Assembly (NCBI GenBank): GCA_002383495.1 | Contig: DFZO01000045.1 | Location: 68,442-132,441, forward strand | Length of the DNA stretch: 64,000 nt | Direction: 5' to 3' | DNA from: Syntrophaceae bacterium UBA4054 | GTDB lineage: Bacteria; Desulfobacterota; Syntrophia; Syntrophales; UBA4778 | Shown: positions 13,381-21,486 of the stretch, in pieces | Layout of the letters: the number at the start of each line of letters is the position of its first letter | Position numbering within the stretch: position 1 is the first letter of the stretch | Made by a program: the position numbers and the translations under genes | The notes under the pieces: model-generated | The model's database searches: none | Told to the model about the DNA's origin: nothing | What the model saw: only the letters and a program-made list of their open reading frames with translations

Positions 13381-13437
13381 ATTTTCTTTTGTTCCAGCCA
13401 TGGGAAGGTCCCCCCTTGCCCACGGCCCATTGTATTG

Positions 13438-13518
13438 TCAGAATGGACTTCCTGTGGACAGGCCTGTCATTGCCTGCCACCACCACATTTCGCTTTCCAT
13501 TATTTGTTTCGTTTTCAT
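13438..13518 (-). CDS. Trp-rich leader peptide MKTKQIMESEMWWWQAMTGLSTGSPF
   Basis: Hand translation of the minus strand gives ATG at 13518, three consecutive TGG codons at 13485-13477 and TGA at 13440-13438. AAGGTGA lies 8 nt upstream of the ATG. This ORF is not in the supplied track. Confidence 0.65.
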   Translation of the reverse strand: MKTKQIMESEMWWWQAMTGLSTGSPF

Positions 13519-13606
13519 GAAAAACATCACCTTTCGGTGATTGGCTAACATACTGGCAACTGGGTGTCAAGATAAAAATCGCCTTGCGAGGGGGCGGAAT
13601 GGAACC

Positions 13607-14152
13607 TCAGGGCAGGGATTTCATCAAAATGATCATGTCGTCATTGTCCTTGTAGTAATGGGGGACGCGAGCGACCTCGACATAACCGTTTCTCCGGTAA
13701 AAGGTGCGCGTGGGCTCGTAGTCCTCCCGGGAGGATGTCTCCACGTATATATGCCGTCCCTTTCTTCCGGAAATTCGCTTCTCCGTCTCGTCGACGAGAA
13801 TCTTTCCGATCCCCTTGCCCTGCATGTCCTTTCTCACGGCGATCCAGTACATGTCGTAACGATGATCCGTTGTCTGAATGGGGCCGTAGCAGACATATCC
13901 CACGCATTCCCGATTCCTGTCGGCGAAGATGAAAGAGAAGATGCTTTCCTCTTTCCATTTGATCTGGTCGTCGAGGAGATCGATGGCCACGTCTATTTCA
14001 TAGGGATAAAACAGTTGTGTCGAAAGAAGGATCTTTTTCAGGGCCGACCGGTCCCGGACACGGGCCCCGGTCCTCAGGGTGATCCGATCCTCTGCGTTCG
14101 CGAGGGCTGAAGCCTTTCGAGGCTGCCGGGAGGGAGGGGTGAATGATTTCAT
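13607..14152 (-). CDS. GNAT family N-acetyltransferase
   Basis: The motif Q-G-K-G-I-G-x-x-L (MQGKGIGKILV) is the acetyl-CoA-binding core. The gene starts 3 nt after the stop of the upstream ATP-grasp gene. Confidence 0.75.
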   Translation of the reverse strand: MKSFTPPSRQPRKASALANAEDRITLRTGARVRDRSALKKILLSTQLFYPYEIDVAIDLLDDQIKWKEESIFSFIFADRNRECVGYVCYGPIQTTDHRYDMYWIAVRKDMQGKGIGKILVDETEKRISGRKGRHIYVETSSREDYEPTRTFYRRNGYVEVARVPHYYKDNDDMIILMKSLP

Positions 14153-14155
14153 GAC

Positions 14156-15133
14156 TTACCTGCAGGCCACGGCGATCATTTCCCGGACGAAATCTTCGTT
14201 GGTGTAGCCTGCCTCTCTCACCGAAGAAATGAAGCCCGACTCCCCGCCGATGCAGGGGTTGGGGTTGATTTCGATGATATAGGGATTTCCCCACTGGTCG
14301 AGACGCATATCCACGCGGGTGTAACCTTTCAGGTTAAAGATGTGCCAGCAGCGAAGGGATATTTCCTTGATGAGGTTGAGAGGGGCGTCTTCGGGGGTAA
14401 AGGTTCGCTGGGTATTTTCGTATTCGAAAGAATCTTCAATCCACTTCGCGGCGTAATTGACGATTCGGGGTTTATCCTCGGGCCACTCTTCAAAGGTGAT
14501 TTCCGATATGGGCAGGACCTCCACGCCCGTTTCCGCTTTCTCAAAGAGGGGAACGTTGATCTCCCGGCCGTCGATGTACTGCTCGATGAGAATGGGCTGT
14601 CCGCCATGCTGCTCATGCATCTCGCGAAGTTTCTTTGTCAGGTGTTTCCGGTCTTCCAGGATGGAGCTGTCGTCGATGCCCACCGAGGCATCTTCCCATG
14701 CCGGCTTCACGATCCATGGCGGCGGGACTTTCAGCGGGATCATTTTCCCCCGGAATTCCTGCCACGAGGGGGTCGGGAGGCCATTGGCCGTCAGAATATT
14801 CTTGGCGAGAATTTTATCCGTTGTCGTCAGCAGGGCCTGAAAGGGAACGCCCGTATAGGGGAACCCGGACATTTCGTAAAGAGACGCGACCATGGGGCAA
14901 TAGCGCTGGTCGTCGTTCAATCCCTCGAAGAGATTGAAGACAGCCGCGGGAGAATAGTCCTTCAGCTGCGACAGGAGCTGCAGGAGAGGATCGTTCGTTT
15001 CCCCGATCGGGAAAGACTGGTGCTCATAACCCAGGTTGTTCAGCGCCTCCCGGACCATGGTGACCTGGTCCAGGACGTCAATGGAGTCCAGCCTGTCCGC
15101 CACGGGTTCGTTGTAAACAATGGCCACTTTCAT
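14156..15133 (-). CDS. D-Ala-D-Ala ligase-family ATP-grasp enzyme (paralog 2)
   Basis: 325 aa. Ddl-like layout: MKVAIVYN N-terminus, IVKPAWEDASVGI and YIIEINPNP (Mg-ATP site). Confidence 0.75.
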   Translation of the reverse strand: MKVAIVYNEPVADRLDSIDVLDQVTMVREALNNLGYEHQSFPIGETNDPLLQLLSQLKDYSPAAVFNLFEGLNDDQRYCPMVASLYEMSGFPYTGVPFQALLTTTDKILAKNILTANGLPTPSWQEFRGKMIPLKVPPPWIVKPAWEDASVGIDDSSILEDRKHLTKKLREMHEQHGGQPILIEQYIDGREINVPLFEKAETGVEVLPISEITFEEWPEDKPRIVNYAAKWIEDSFEYENTQRTFTPEDAPLNLIKEISLRCWHIFNLKGYTRVDMRLDQWGNPYIIEINPNPCIGGESGFISSVREAGYTNEDFVREMIAVACR

Positions 15134-16146
15134 ATCTGCTGCCTCTTTTCGTTGAAAAAAACCCTTCGCTTGAGGGCCGATTGAATAATTTCATTGAGAA
15201 GCTCAGGATAAGGAAGGCCCGCCTGGCTGCACAGGATCGGGAGATCCGAGTGAGTAGGATGGAGGCCGGCCAGGGGATTGGCTTCGAGAAAGTGGAGCCG
15301 GCCCTGACCGTCGGCCTTGAGGTCGATCCGCCCGGCATCCCGGCATCCCAGGACCCTGTATGATCGGAGGGCGATATCGGAGGCTTCTTCAATGATTGAA
15401 TGATCCAGAACGAGGGTGTAGCGCACCCGTTCCTCGCAGAACTCCTTGTTCAAAAAGGAGTAGACGAGTGGATCGGCGCTTTCCAGGAGTTCCACTTCCA
15501 GGACGCCCACGGCCCGGGCGCTTTCACCCGTACCGAGGATGCCCACCGTGAATTCCCTCCCCGGGAGATAAGACTCCACGATGACCGGCTGTCCGTAACG
15601 GGAGAGAAGCCGTCTGCACTGGGCCGTCAGTTCCTTCCGGTGGTGAACGATGGATTCAGGGGTCACGCCCTTGCCGGTCCCTTCAGCCAGCGGTTTGACA
15701 AAGAGAGGGTATCCGATCTTCCGGTCTTTTTTCTCTGCCTTCAGGGCTTCCAGGGACGTCACGATGAAAAAATCGGGCGTGGGGATTCCGGCGTCCCGGA
15801 CCATGCTCTTGGTCATGGCCTTATCGAGACTCAGGGCGAGCGTCAGGGGGTCGCTGAAGGTGTAAGGAATGGTATAGGCTTCGAGCAGGGCCGGCACCTG
15901 CGCTTCCCGGCTCCGTCCGTGCAGCCCTTCGGTGATGTTGAAGACGATATCCCATGTCTCGCCCGCTGCCAGCCGTTCCGTCAGGCTGAAGATGTTTCCT
16001 ATCCGGATCACGTCGTGGCCGAGGCCGCGGATCGTCTCTTCAATCAATTGGATGGTTTCGTCGCTGTCAAACTCTCCCGTCTCTTCTTCCGTGTAACCCA
16101 TCTGGAGATAATCTCGTCTGAGGTCATAGGTAAACCCTATCCTCAT
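15130..16146 (-). CDS. D-Ala-D-Ala ligase-family ATP-grasp enzyme (paralog 1)
   Basis: Start reassigned to MRIGFTYDL, with ATG at 16146 forming an ATGA overlap with the kamA stop. Motifs FVKPLAEGTGKG and HFLEANPLAG. The 148-aa upstream extension in the ORF track overlaps kamA. Confidence 0.75.
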   Translation of the reverse strand: MRIGFTYDLRRDYLQMGYTEEETGEFDSDETIQLIEETIRGLGHDVIRIGNIFSLTERLAAGETWDIVFNITEGLHGRSREAQVPALLEAYTIPYTFSDPLTLALSLDKAMTKSMVRDAGIPTPDFFIVTSLEALKAEKKDRKIGYPLFVKPLAEGTGKGVTPESIVHHRKELTAQCRRLLSRYGQPVIVESYLPGREFTVGILGTGESARAVGVLEVELLESADPLVYSFLNKEFCEERVRYTLVLDHSIIEEASDIALRSYRVLGCRDAGRIDLKADGQGRLHFLEANPLAGLHPTHSDLPILCSQAGLPYPELLNEIIQSALKRRVFFNEKRQQI

Positions 16147-17513
16147 GCCTTCTCCCCCTTCATCTTGAAGAGAAGGTTTTTCTTTCTCCTGCGGTACCTC
16201 GGGGTTTCTTCGGGAACCAGGGCCTTCCTCGATCCTTTGATCAGCTGGGCGGTGCCGCCGTCCTTGCCGTTGCCGTTCGACTTGCGCGACTGGATGAAGT
16301 AAGCCTCCTGGGGGTTGTAGTACTTGATAATCATGCCCTCGTAATTTCTCAGGAGCACATCCTTGTCCGTCACCGAGAGAAGATAGAAGGGCTGGAGCGG
16401 TACTTTCCCTCCGCCTCCGGGAACGTCCACGACGAAGGATGGGATGCAGAGACCTCCGGTATAGCCGCGGAGCATCTCGATGATCTCGATTCCCTTCCAG
16501 ATGCTGGTCCTGAAATGTTCCACGCCTTTGACGGGATCGCACTGGAAAAGATAGTAGGGGCGGACCATGATCCTCTGCAGGGCGTGGCAAAGATCGCGCA
16601 TCACGTCGATGGAGTCATTGATGCCCCTCAGGAGGACGGCCTGATTCGATACGGGGATGCCCGCTCTGAGCAGCTTGTCGCAGGCCGCCTGGGAGTCCGG
16701 GGTGATCTCCTTGGGATGATTGAACTGGGTATTGAGCCAGAGGGGGCGGTGCTGGGCCAGCATGTCCACAAGGTCATCGGTGATCCGCATGGGCATAACC
16801 ACAGGCACCCGGGTGCCGATTCTCAGGACTTCCACGTGCTGGATCATCTGCAGCTCGCCCAGAAACCAGTCGAGGACGTTCATGTTCATGACCAGGGGGT
16901 CGCCGCCTGAAACGATGACCTCTCTCACCTCAGGTGTTGCCCGAACGTAGTTGATCATGGACTGAAGCTCTTTCCTGGACCGGATGGATTCGCCTTCATG
17001 CCAGATTCTTTTGCGGGTGCAGTGGCGGCAGTACATGGCGCAGGTGTTCGTGACCACTGCGAGGACCCTGTCGGGATATCGATGCACGAGGCCGGGCACC
17101 TGCATGTCCTCTTCTTCCTCGAGCGGGTCATGATCTCCAACGATCTGAAACTCCGTCTCCCTGAAGTCGGGAATGCACTGCTTTCGGATCGGGTCTTCGG
17201 GGTCGGACCAGTCGATCAGAGAAAGATAGTAGGGTGTGATGGAATAATGAAACAGCTTGAGGAGGGTCCTGTATTTGGAGATCTGGTAAGGGCTCAGTTG
17301 GAACAGAGTGGCCAGGGCATCGACCGTTCGGAGCCGGCTGGCCATCTGCCACGTCCAGTCGTTCCACTGGTCGACTGTTGTGTCGGGCCAGAGCTTCTGA
17401 ATTACATAATCGCCTCTGAAAAGGTCTTCACCATGGAGATGAGAAGCCAGTGATGAGACGACGTTTTTGCCCGGAGGCTCGTCATCTTCATTCGTCACTA
17501 TTCTTGCGTCCAT
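16143..17513 (-). CDS. kamA: Lysine 2,3-aminomutase (radical SAM, PLP)
   Basis: CAMYCRHCTRK cluster, PGGGGK PLP-lysine motif and ITPYYLSLI. Both lysine-epsilon-amine-binding Asp residues are retained: QCD at nt 16536-16538 and VVD at nt 16425-16427. Confidence 0.9.
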   Translation of the reverse strand: MDARIVTNEDDEPPGKNVVSSLASHLHGEDLFRGDYVIQKLWPDTTVDQWNDWTWQMASRLRTVDALATLFQLSPYQISKYRTLLKLFHYSITPYYLSLIDWSDPEDPIRKQCIPDFRETEFQIVGDHDPLEEEEDMQVPGLVHRYPDRVLAVVTNTCAMYCRHCTRKRIWHEGESIRSRKELQSMINYVRATPEVREVIVSGGDPLVMNMNVLDWFLGELQMIQHVEVLRIGTRVPVVMPMRITDDLVDMLAQHRPLWLNTQFNHPKEITPDSQAACDKLLRAGIPVSNQAVLLRGINDSIDVMRDLCHALQRIMVRPYYLFQCDPVKGVEHFRTSIWKGIEIIEMLRGYTGGLCIPSFVVDVPGGGGKVPLQPFYLLSVTDKDVLLRNYEGMIIKYYNPQEAYFIQSRKSNGNGKDGGTAQLIKGSRKALVPEETPRYRRRKKNLLFKMKGEKA

Positions 17514-17704
17514 GTCTCCTCCTTATGTGCTCCTTTGGCGTTTCCCTGAGCTTCCCCTGCGGAACCTCGTTCTGACTGATTTGGTGTGATCGCTCTGTTT
17601 GTTTGAAGCACGGCGAGTTCTTTTTCCCATCATCTCACGGAGGGCAGGAGGCTCAAGGGTTTGTGAGTGAACGGGAAATCACGTGACATATGTCGAATGA
17701 TTTC

Positions 17705-17732
17705 GCTATAACATTTTTTTAAAACATGTCAA
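17705..17732 (-). promoter_or_regulatory. Sigma70-like promoter for the kamA operon
   Basis: Minus strand: TTGACA (17732-17727), 16 nt spacer, TATAGC (17710-17705). The dyad CGACATATGTCAC starts 11 nt downstream. Confidence 0.45.
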
Positions 17733-17785
17733 GCGTATTTTGCGTTTTTTAGGAATTTTTTTTCAAAAATTTTTCGTTCCCTTTG

Positions 17786-17837
17786 AAAAAAAACGCGACC
17801 TTCGCTGAGGCGCGTCTTCTCTGGGTTTGCGAAGGTC
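17786..17837 (-). terminator. Terminator downstream of the suhB-like gene
   Basis: Minus strand: GACCTTCGC pairs with GCGAAGGTC (9 bp), followed by GCG and T8. Confidence 0.5.
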
Positions 17838-17850
17838 ATCTTTCTGCGTC

Positions 17851-18678
17851 TCACGGATGTATCTTCAGGAAGATGGACGAGGTGGAGGCGATGGAGATGG
17901 GGTTGATGGACTGAAGCAGGCGCAGCATCGCGCGGTGCACCCGTCCATTGGAGGCAACGATCCCGGAAGATGAGAGCTGATAAGGATTTCCTGAGATATC
18001 GCTGAGGGTCCCTCCGGCTTCCCTTATCATGAGTGACGCCGCCGCGGTGTCCCATGGATGGAGCTTTAATTCCCAGAACCCGTCGAAGCGCCCTGCGGCA
18101 ACATACGCCAGATCAAGGGCTGCGGAGCCCGCGCGCCGGATGGCCTGTGCTTTCAACGCCATTCCGATGAAGTAGTTCATGTTGTTGTCCGCGTTGCGGC
18201 GGATGTCGTAGGGAAAACCCGTGGCAAGCAGACTCCGGGAAAGCGCCGATGTGCCGGATACGGAAAGTCTCCTGCGGTTCAGGAAGGCGCCCCTGTTCTT
18301 TTCCGCCACGAAAAGCTCCCGGAGCATGGGGTTGTAAATCACGCCGAGAATGACGTCCCCTTTCTTCTCGAGGGCGATGGAGACGCAGAACACGGGATAC
18401 CCGTGGGCGTAATTGGTGGTCCCGTCCAGGGGATCGATGATCCACCGGTAATCGGACCCCCGATCGATCCCTTTGGATTCCTCCGTCAGAATGTCATGAT
18501 CGGGAAAGCGCTTCCGGATTTGCGAAACAATCATGTCTTCGGAGAGACGGTCTTCCTCTGTCACGATGTTGATCTCGCCTTTATAATGAACGGTGTGTGT
18601 GTCGTGACACCGCGCTTTCAGGAAGGCACCCGCTTCTCTGGCTATGGCCACGGCAAAGGCCCTGTAATCCCGAATCAT
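17851..18678 (-). CDS. suhB: Inositol monophosphatase family protein
   Basis: Motifs WIIDPLDGTTNY and a GAAALDL-like SAALDLAYVAAG. Start chosen at MIRDYRAF because GGGGAGA lies 7 nt upstream; the ORF track starts 15 nt earlier. Confidence 0.8.
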   Translation of the reverse strand: MIRDYRAFAVAIAREAGAFLKARCHDTHTVHYKGEINIVTEEDRLSEDMIVSQIRKRFPDHDILTEESKGIDRGSDYRWIIDPLDGTTNYAHGYPVFCVSIALEKKGDVILGVIYNPMLRELFVAEKNRGAFLNRRRLSVSGTSALSRSLLATGFPYDIRRNADNNMNYFIGMALKAQAIRRAGSAALDLAYVAAGRFDGFWELKLHPWDTAAASLMIREAGGTLSDISGNPYQLSSSGIVASNGRVHRAMLRLLQSINPISIASTSSIFLKIHP

Positions 18679-18784
18679 CGCACATCTCCCCATGCATCCA
18701 AAAATCCGGGGGGGATTATATCCACACTCAAAGGGAGAATGCCAGAAAATTGAGAAAAGGGACGGGGGTCAGAAGAACTTTTTA

Positions 18785-18813
18785 TTGATTAGCCTTGTGA
18801 TTGATGTTAAATA
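18785..18813 (+). promoter_or_regulatory. Possible sigma70-like promoter upstream of the rodZ-like gene
   Basis: TTGATT (18785-18790), 17 nt spacer, TAAATA (18808-18813). Confidence 0.3.
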
Positions 18814-18851
18814 TAGAATCATACGTGTAAATCGCTGGAAAACGGATAACG

Positions 18852-19742
18852 ATGAAAAACGCAAAGGCAGAAAGACCGGTGACAGGTTTCATGGAACCCT
18901 ATCCCGATCTCAGGGCTCTGAGAGAATCCCACGGCAAGACATTGAAGGACATTTCTCAGAAGACCCGGATCAGGGTGGCCTATCTGGAAGCGATTGAGGG
19001 CGGCCGGTTCAAGTCTCTCCCGGAACAGACCTATGCCGAGAGTTTTATCAGGACCTACGGGCACGAACTGGGTGTCGACAGCGTCACGATCCTTTCCCAC
19101 TACAGAAAATACCTTAGAGACCAGGCCGGGGTCCCGGAAGACAAGGTCGGGAAGCTCCCGAAAAAGAAACCCGGGAGTACGAAGGCGCCCGTGGATATGG
19201 CCCGCTGGTTACGGGAACATGTCACGGTCTTTCGCTGGATGGGAGCGCATCTGAAAGTCCTGGGGTGGACCGCTGCCGTTCTGCTGGTCGCAGGAGCCGT
19301 TTTCTTTTTCATCTTCACCGATGACGATACGGATTCCGACCTGTCCCGGGCGCCGGCCTCTGTGAGCGTTGCCAAGAACACTCCGGCTGAGACACCGGTG
19401 AAGCCCGCAGAGCCCACCGGGGAGGAAGGGAAGGAAGGAGCTGCCGTGACCGCGCCGGTATCCCCGACGCAGCCGGAAGCCAAACCGGAAGCGGCCCCTT
19501 TGAGACTGGTCATCACCGCAACACAGACCACCTGGGTCAGGATTACGGACGATGACAACCCGTCCTATCAGATTCTCCTGAAGCCCGGTGACACGGTGGA
19601 GAGACAGGCGGAGAAGGTTTTTGCCGTCGATGTGGGAAACGCCGGGGGGATCGATATTCAGTTTCAGGGAAAATCTCTGGGGAGTCTCGGGAAAAGCGGA
19701 GAAGTGGTCCACCTGACCCTGCCGGAGGGAACACCGCGCTGA
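18852..19742 (+). CDS. rodZ: RodZ-like cytoskeleton protein (HTH, TM segment, Pro-rich linker, DUF4115-like C-terminus)
   Basis: N-terminal XRE-type HTH (LKDISQKTRIRVAYLEAIE), a TM segment AAVLLVAGAVFFFIF, and the C-terminal motif GNAGGIDIQFQG. Confidence 0.7.
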   Translation: MKNAKAERPVTGFMEPYPDLRALRESHGKTLKDISQKTRIRVAYLEAIEGGRFKSLPEQTYAESFIRTYGHELGVDSVTILSHYRKYLRDQAGVPEDKVGKLPKKKPGSTKAPVDMARWLREHVTVFRWMGAHLKVLGWTAAVLLVAGAVFFFIFTDDDTDSDLSRAPASVSVAKNTPAETPVKPAEPTGEEGKEGAAVTAPVSPTQPEAKPEAAPLRLVITATQTTWVRITDDDNPSYQILLKPGDTVERQAEKVFAVDVGNAGGIDIQFQGKSLGSLGKSGEVVHLTLPEGTPR

Positions 19743-19797
19743 AGTCCTTTGCGGCAGGAGGACAAGTTTCAGAATGCGCGGACAAATAATTATTCTT

Positions 19798-19946
19798 CAG
19801 GCTGTTCAAAAACGTTTAGATGCAAGGCGCGCATGGTTCGCAGTTCGACAAGCTCACTGTGACATCGCTCACCATGACAAATTGTAAGCCTGCCCTGTCG
19901 AAGGGCGAAGCGCAACGCCGCAAATGGGCGTTTTTCAACGGCCTAC
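19798..19946. mobile_element. MITE-like repeat, copy A
   Basis: Left end CAGGCTGTTCAAAAACG. The right end CGTTTTTCAACGGCCTAC is an imperfect inverted repeat of it. Internal modules are shared with copies C, D and F. Confidence 0.65.
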
Positions 19947-19961
19947 TGTGAGGGAAAAAAC

Positions 19962-20153
19962 ATGTTTGGACTAGGAATGCCAGAACTCATTGTGATCCTG
20001 GTGATCGTCCTGATCATCTTCGGTGCCGGTAAGCTTCCGGAGATCGGGGGCGCCATCGGGAAAGGAATCAAGAACTTCAAGAAATCCATGCACGACAAAG
20101 ATGAGATCGACGTTACCCCGGACTCAACGAAGATCGATAACAACAAGAAATAA
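19962..20153 (+). CDS. tatA: Twin-arginine translocase subunit TatA/E
   Basis: [27 protein letters not shown] is the canonical TatA N-terminus. Confidence 0.9.
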   Translation: MFGLGMPELIVILVIVLIIFGAGKLPEIGGAIGKGIKNFKKSMHDKDEIDVTPDSTKIDNNKK

Positions 20154-20169
20154 CAAAGGCCACTGTGCA

Positions 20170-20583
20170 TCAGAAGGGAACATCGTCATCGGGCGTATGC
20201 TCTGATGCGGAATGGGGAGCCGGCTGATCGCCCCAGCCTTCCGGGCCTTTGGCCTGTCCCTTTGAATCGAGCATTCGCATGTTCGACGCAATGATTTCCG
20301 TCGTTGAGCGTTTGATTCCGTCCTTGTCGTCCCACGACCGTGTCTGCAGCCTGCCTTCGATATAGATCTGTTTTCCTTTTGAGAGGTAGCTCTGGCATAT
20401 TTCCGCCAGCTTCCTGAAAGCAACGATCCGGTGCCATTCTGTCTTCTGGACTTTTTCGCCGTCCTTGTTTTTGTAGCTCTCGTCGGTCGCCAGCCTCAGA
20501 TTAGCCACCATGGTCCCGTCAGGCGTAAACCGGATCTCCGGGTCCGCACCGAGCCGACCGATCAATATGACCTTGTTCACCAT
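20170..20583 (-). CDS. ssb: Single-stranded DNA-binding protein
   Basis: [18 protein letters not shown]-fold start and acidic C-terminal tip DDDVPF. Confidence 0.9.
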   Translation of the reverse strand: MVNKVILIGRLGADPEIRFTPDGTMVANLRLATDESYKNKDGEKVQKTEWHRIVAFRKLAEICQSYLSKGKQIYIEGRLQTRSWDDKDGIKRSTTEIIASNMRMLDSKGQAKGPEGWGDQPAPHSASEHTPDDDVPF

Positions 20584-20766
20584 ACACCTTCCTCCCTCGT
20601 ATTGGGTTGCTCGTCGAGCTATTCATACACAATTTGATGACCCTTGGCAAATGGAATGTGGAGCCTTTCTCCGATGGATTCCGTATTGACTTCGCGGGAC
20701 GGTTCCGGTAAAAATTACAGCAGGGTTTTCAAGACATAATATAATGTTCAACTTCTGGATGGTTCG

Positions 20767-21486
20767 ATGCTTCGTTCGGTGGTTCTGGTTCTTCTCGCCG
20801 GTCTGTGGACGGGAGGGGTTTCCACGTTCATCATTCTTGGTTACCCGTTTTTTCCCCGGGGGGAATATACGGTCCACGAGATTGCGCGGAGGTGGGCGAA
20901 GGGAATTCTCTGGTTTTCCGGCGTGAACGTCCATGTCATCGGCGGTAAGCATGTCCTTCAGGACAGGCCCCAGATTTTCATGGCCAATCATCAGAGTTTG
21001 TTTGATATCTTTATTGTCCTCGCCTTTATTCCCGCCCAGTTCCGCTTTATCGCCAAGAAGGAGCTCTTCCGGGTGCCGCTATTCGGAGGCGCTTTAAGGA
21101 AATACGGCACCGTGGAGATCAACCGGCAGCACCATGCCAGCGCGGTCAAGAGCATTGACGCGGCGGCGCAAAAGATCCGGGAGGGGAAATCGGTCGTCAT
21201 CTTTCCCGAGGGAACAAGGAGCATCGACGGCGAGATCAAGGCTTTCAAGAAGGGCGTCTTCCATCTGGCGTTGAAGGCCGGAGTGCCCATCGTTCCCATC
21301 TCGATCATCGGGAGCAGGGAGATCATGTCGAAGCATTCTCTCAAGGTCAATCCGGGAAAAATAACCGTGATCTTCGATCGACCGATCCACATCGATGGTT
21401 ACTCGGAGGAAAGCCGTGACGAACTGATCGCCCGTGTCCGGGATGTGGTCATTGGGAATTTCGACAGGGAAAAATCGGATGAATGA
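20767..21486 (+). CDS. plsC: 1-acyl-sn-glycerol-3-phosphate acyltransferase
   Basis: NHQSLFD (HX4D) and FPEGTRS motifs. Confidence 0.85.
   Translation: MLRSVVLVLLAGLWTGGVSTFIILGYPFFPRGEYTVHEIARRWAKGILWFSGVNVHVIGGKHVLQDRPQIFMANHQSLFDIFIVLAFIPAQFRFIAKKELFRVPLFGGALRKYGTVEINRQHHASAVKSIDAAAQKIREGKSVVIFPEGTRSIDGEIKAFKKGVFHLALKAGVPIVPISIIGSREIMSKHSLKVNPGKITVIFDRPIHIDGYSEESRDELIARVRDVVIGNFDREKSDE

Noticed and set aside
13565-13570. Full sigma70 promoter for the trp leader
   Set aside because: TTGACA is present, but the best -10 candidates at 17-nt spacing (TAGCCA) are poor. Only the -35-like hexamer is noted within the attenuator finding.
16147-16590. 148-aa N-terminal extension of the ATP-grasp ORF 15130-16590
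   Set aside because: The extension overlaps kamA in another frame and is Arg/Pro-rich. Homology-like sequence begins at MRIGFTYDL, whose ATG forms an ATGA junction with the kamA stop. Similar extensions were trimmed for mobB (38191-38460), cbiQ (46526-46750), the TOPRIM-like gene (30855-31019), the FmdE-like gene and lgt.
16143-17513. Radical-SAM aminomutase as glutamate 2,3-aminomutase or EF-P-modifying EpmB
   Set aside because: Both Asp residues that bind the lysine epsilon-amine are present (QCD, VVD), arguing against glutamate specificity. No epmA or efp is adjacent, and the protein has the long KamA-type N-terminus and length.
17514-17704. Lysine (L-box) riboswitch upstream of kamA
   Set aside because: I could not find the conserved L-box core sequences or a five-helix layout by eye. 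The region is kept only as an unexplained long leader.
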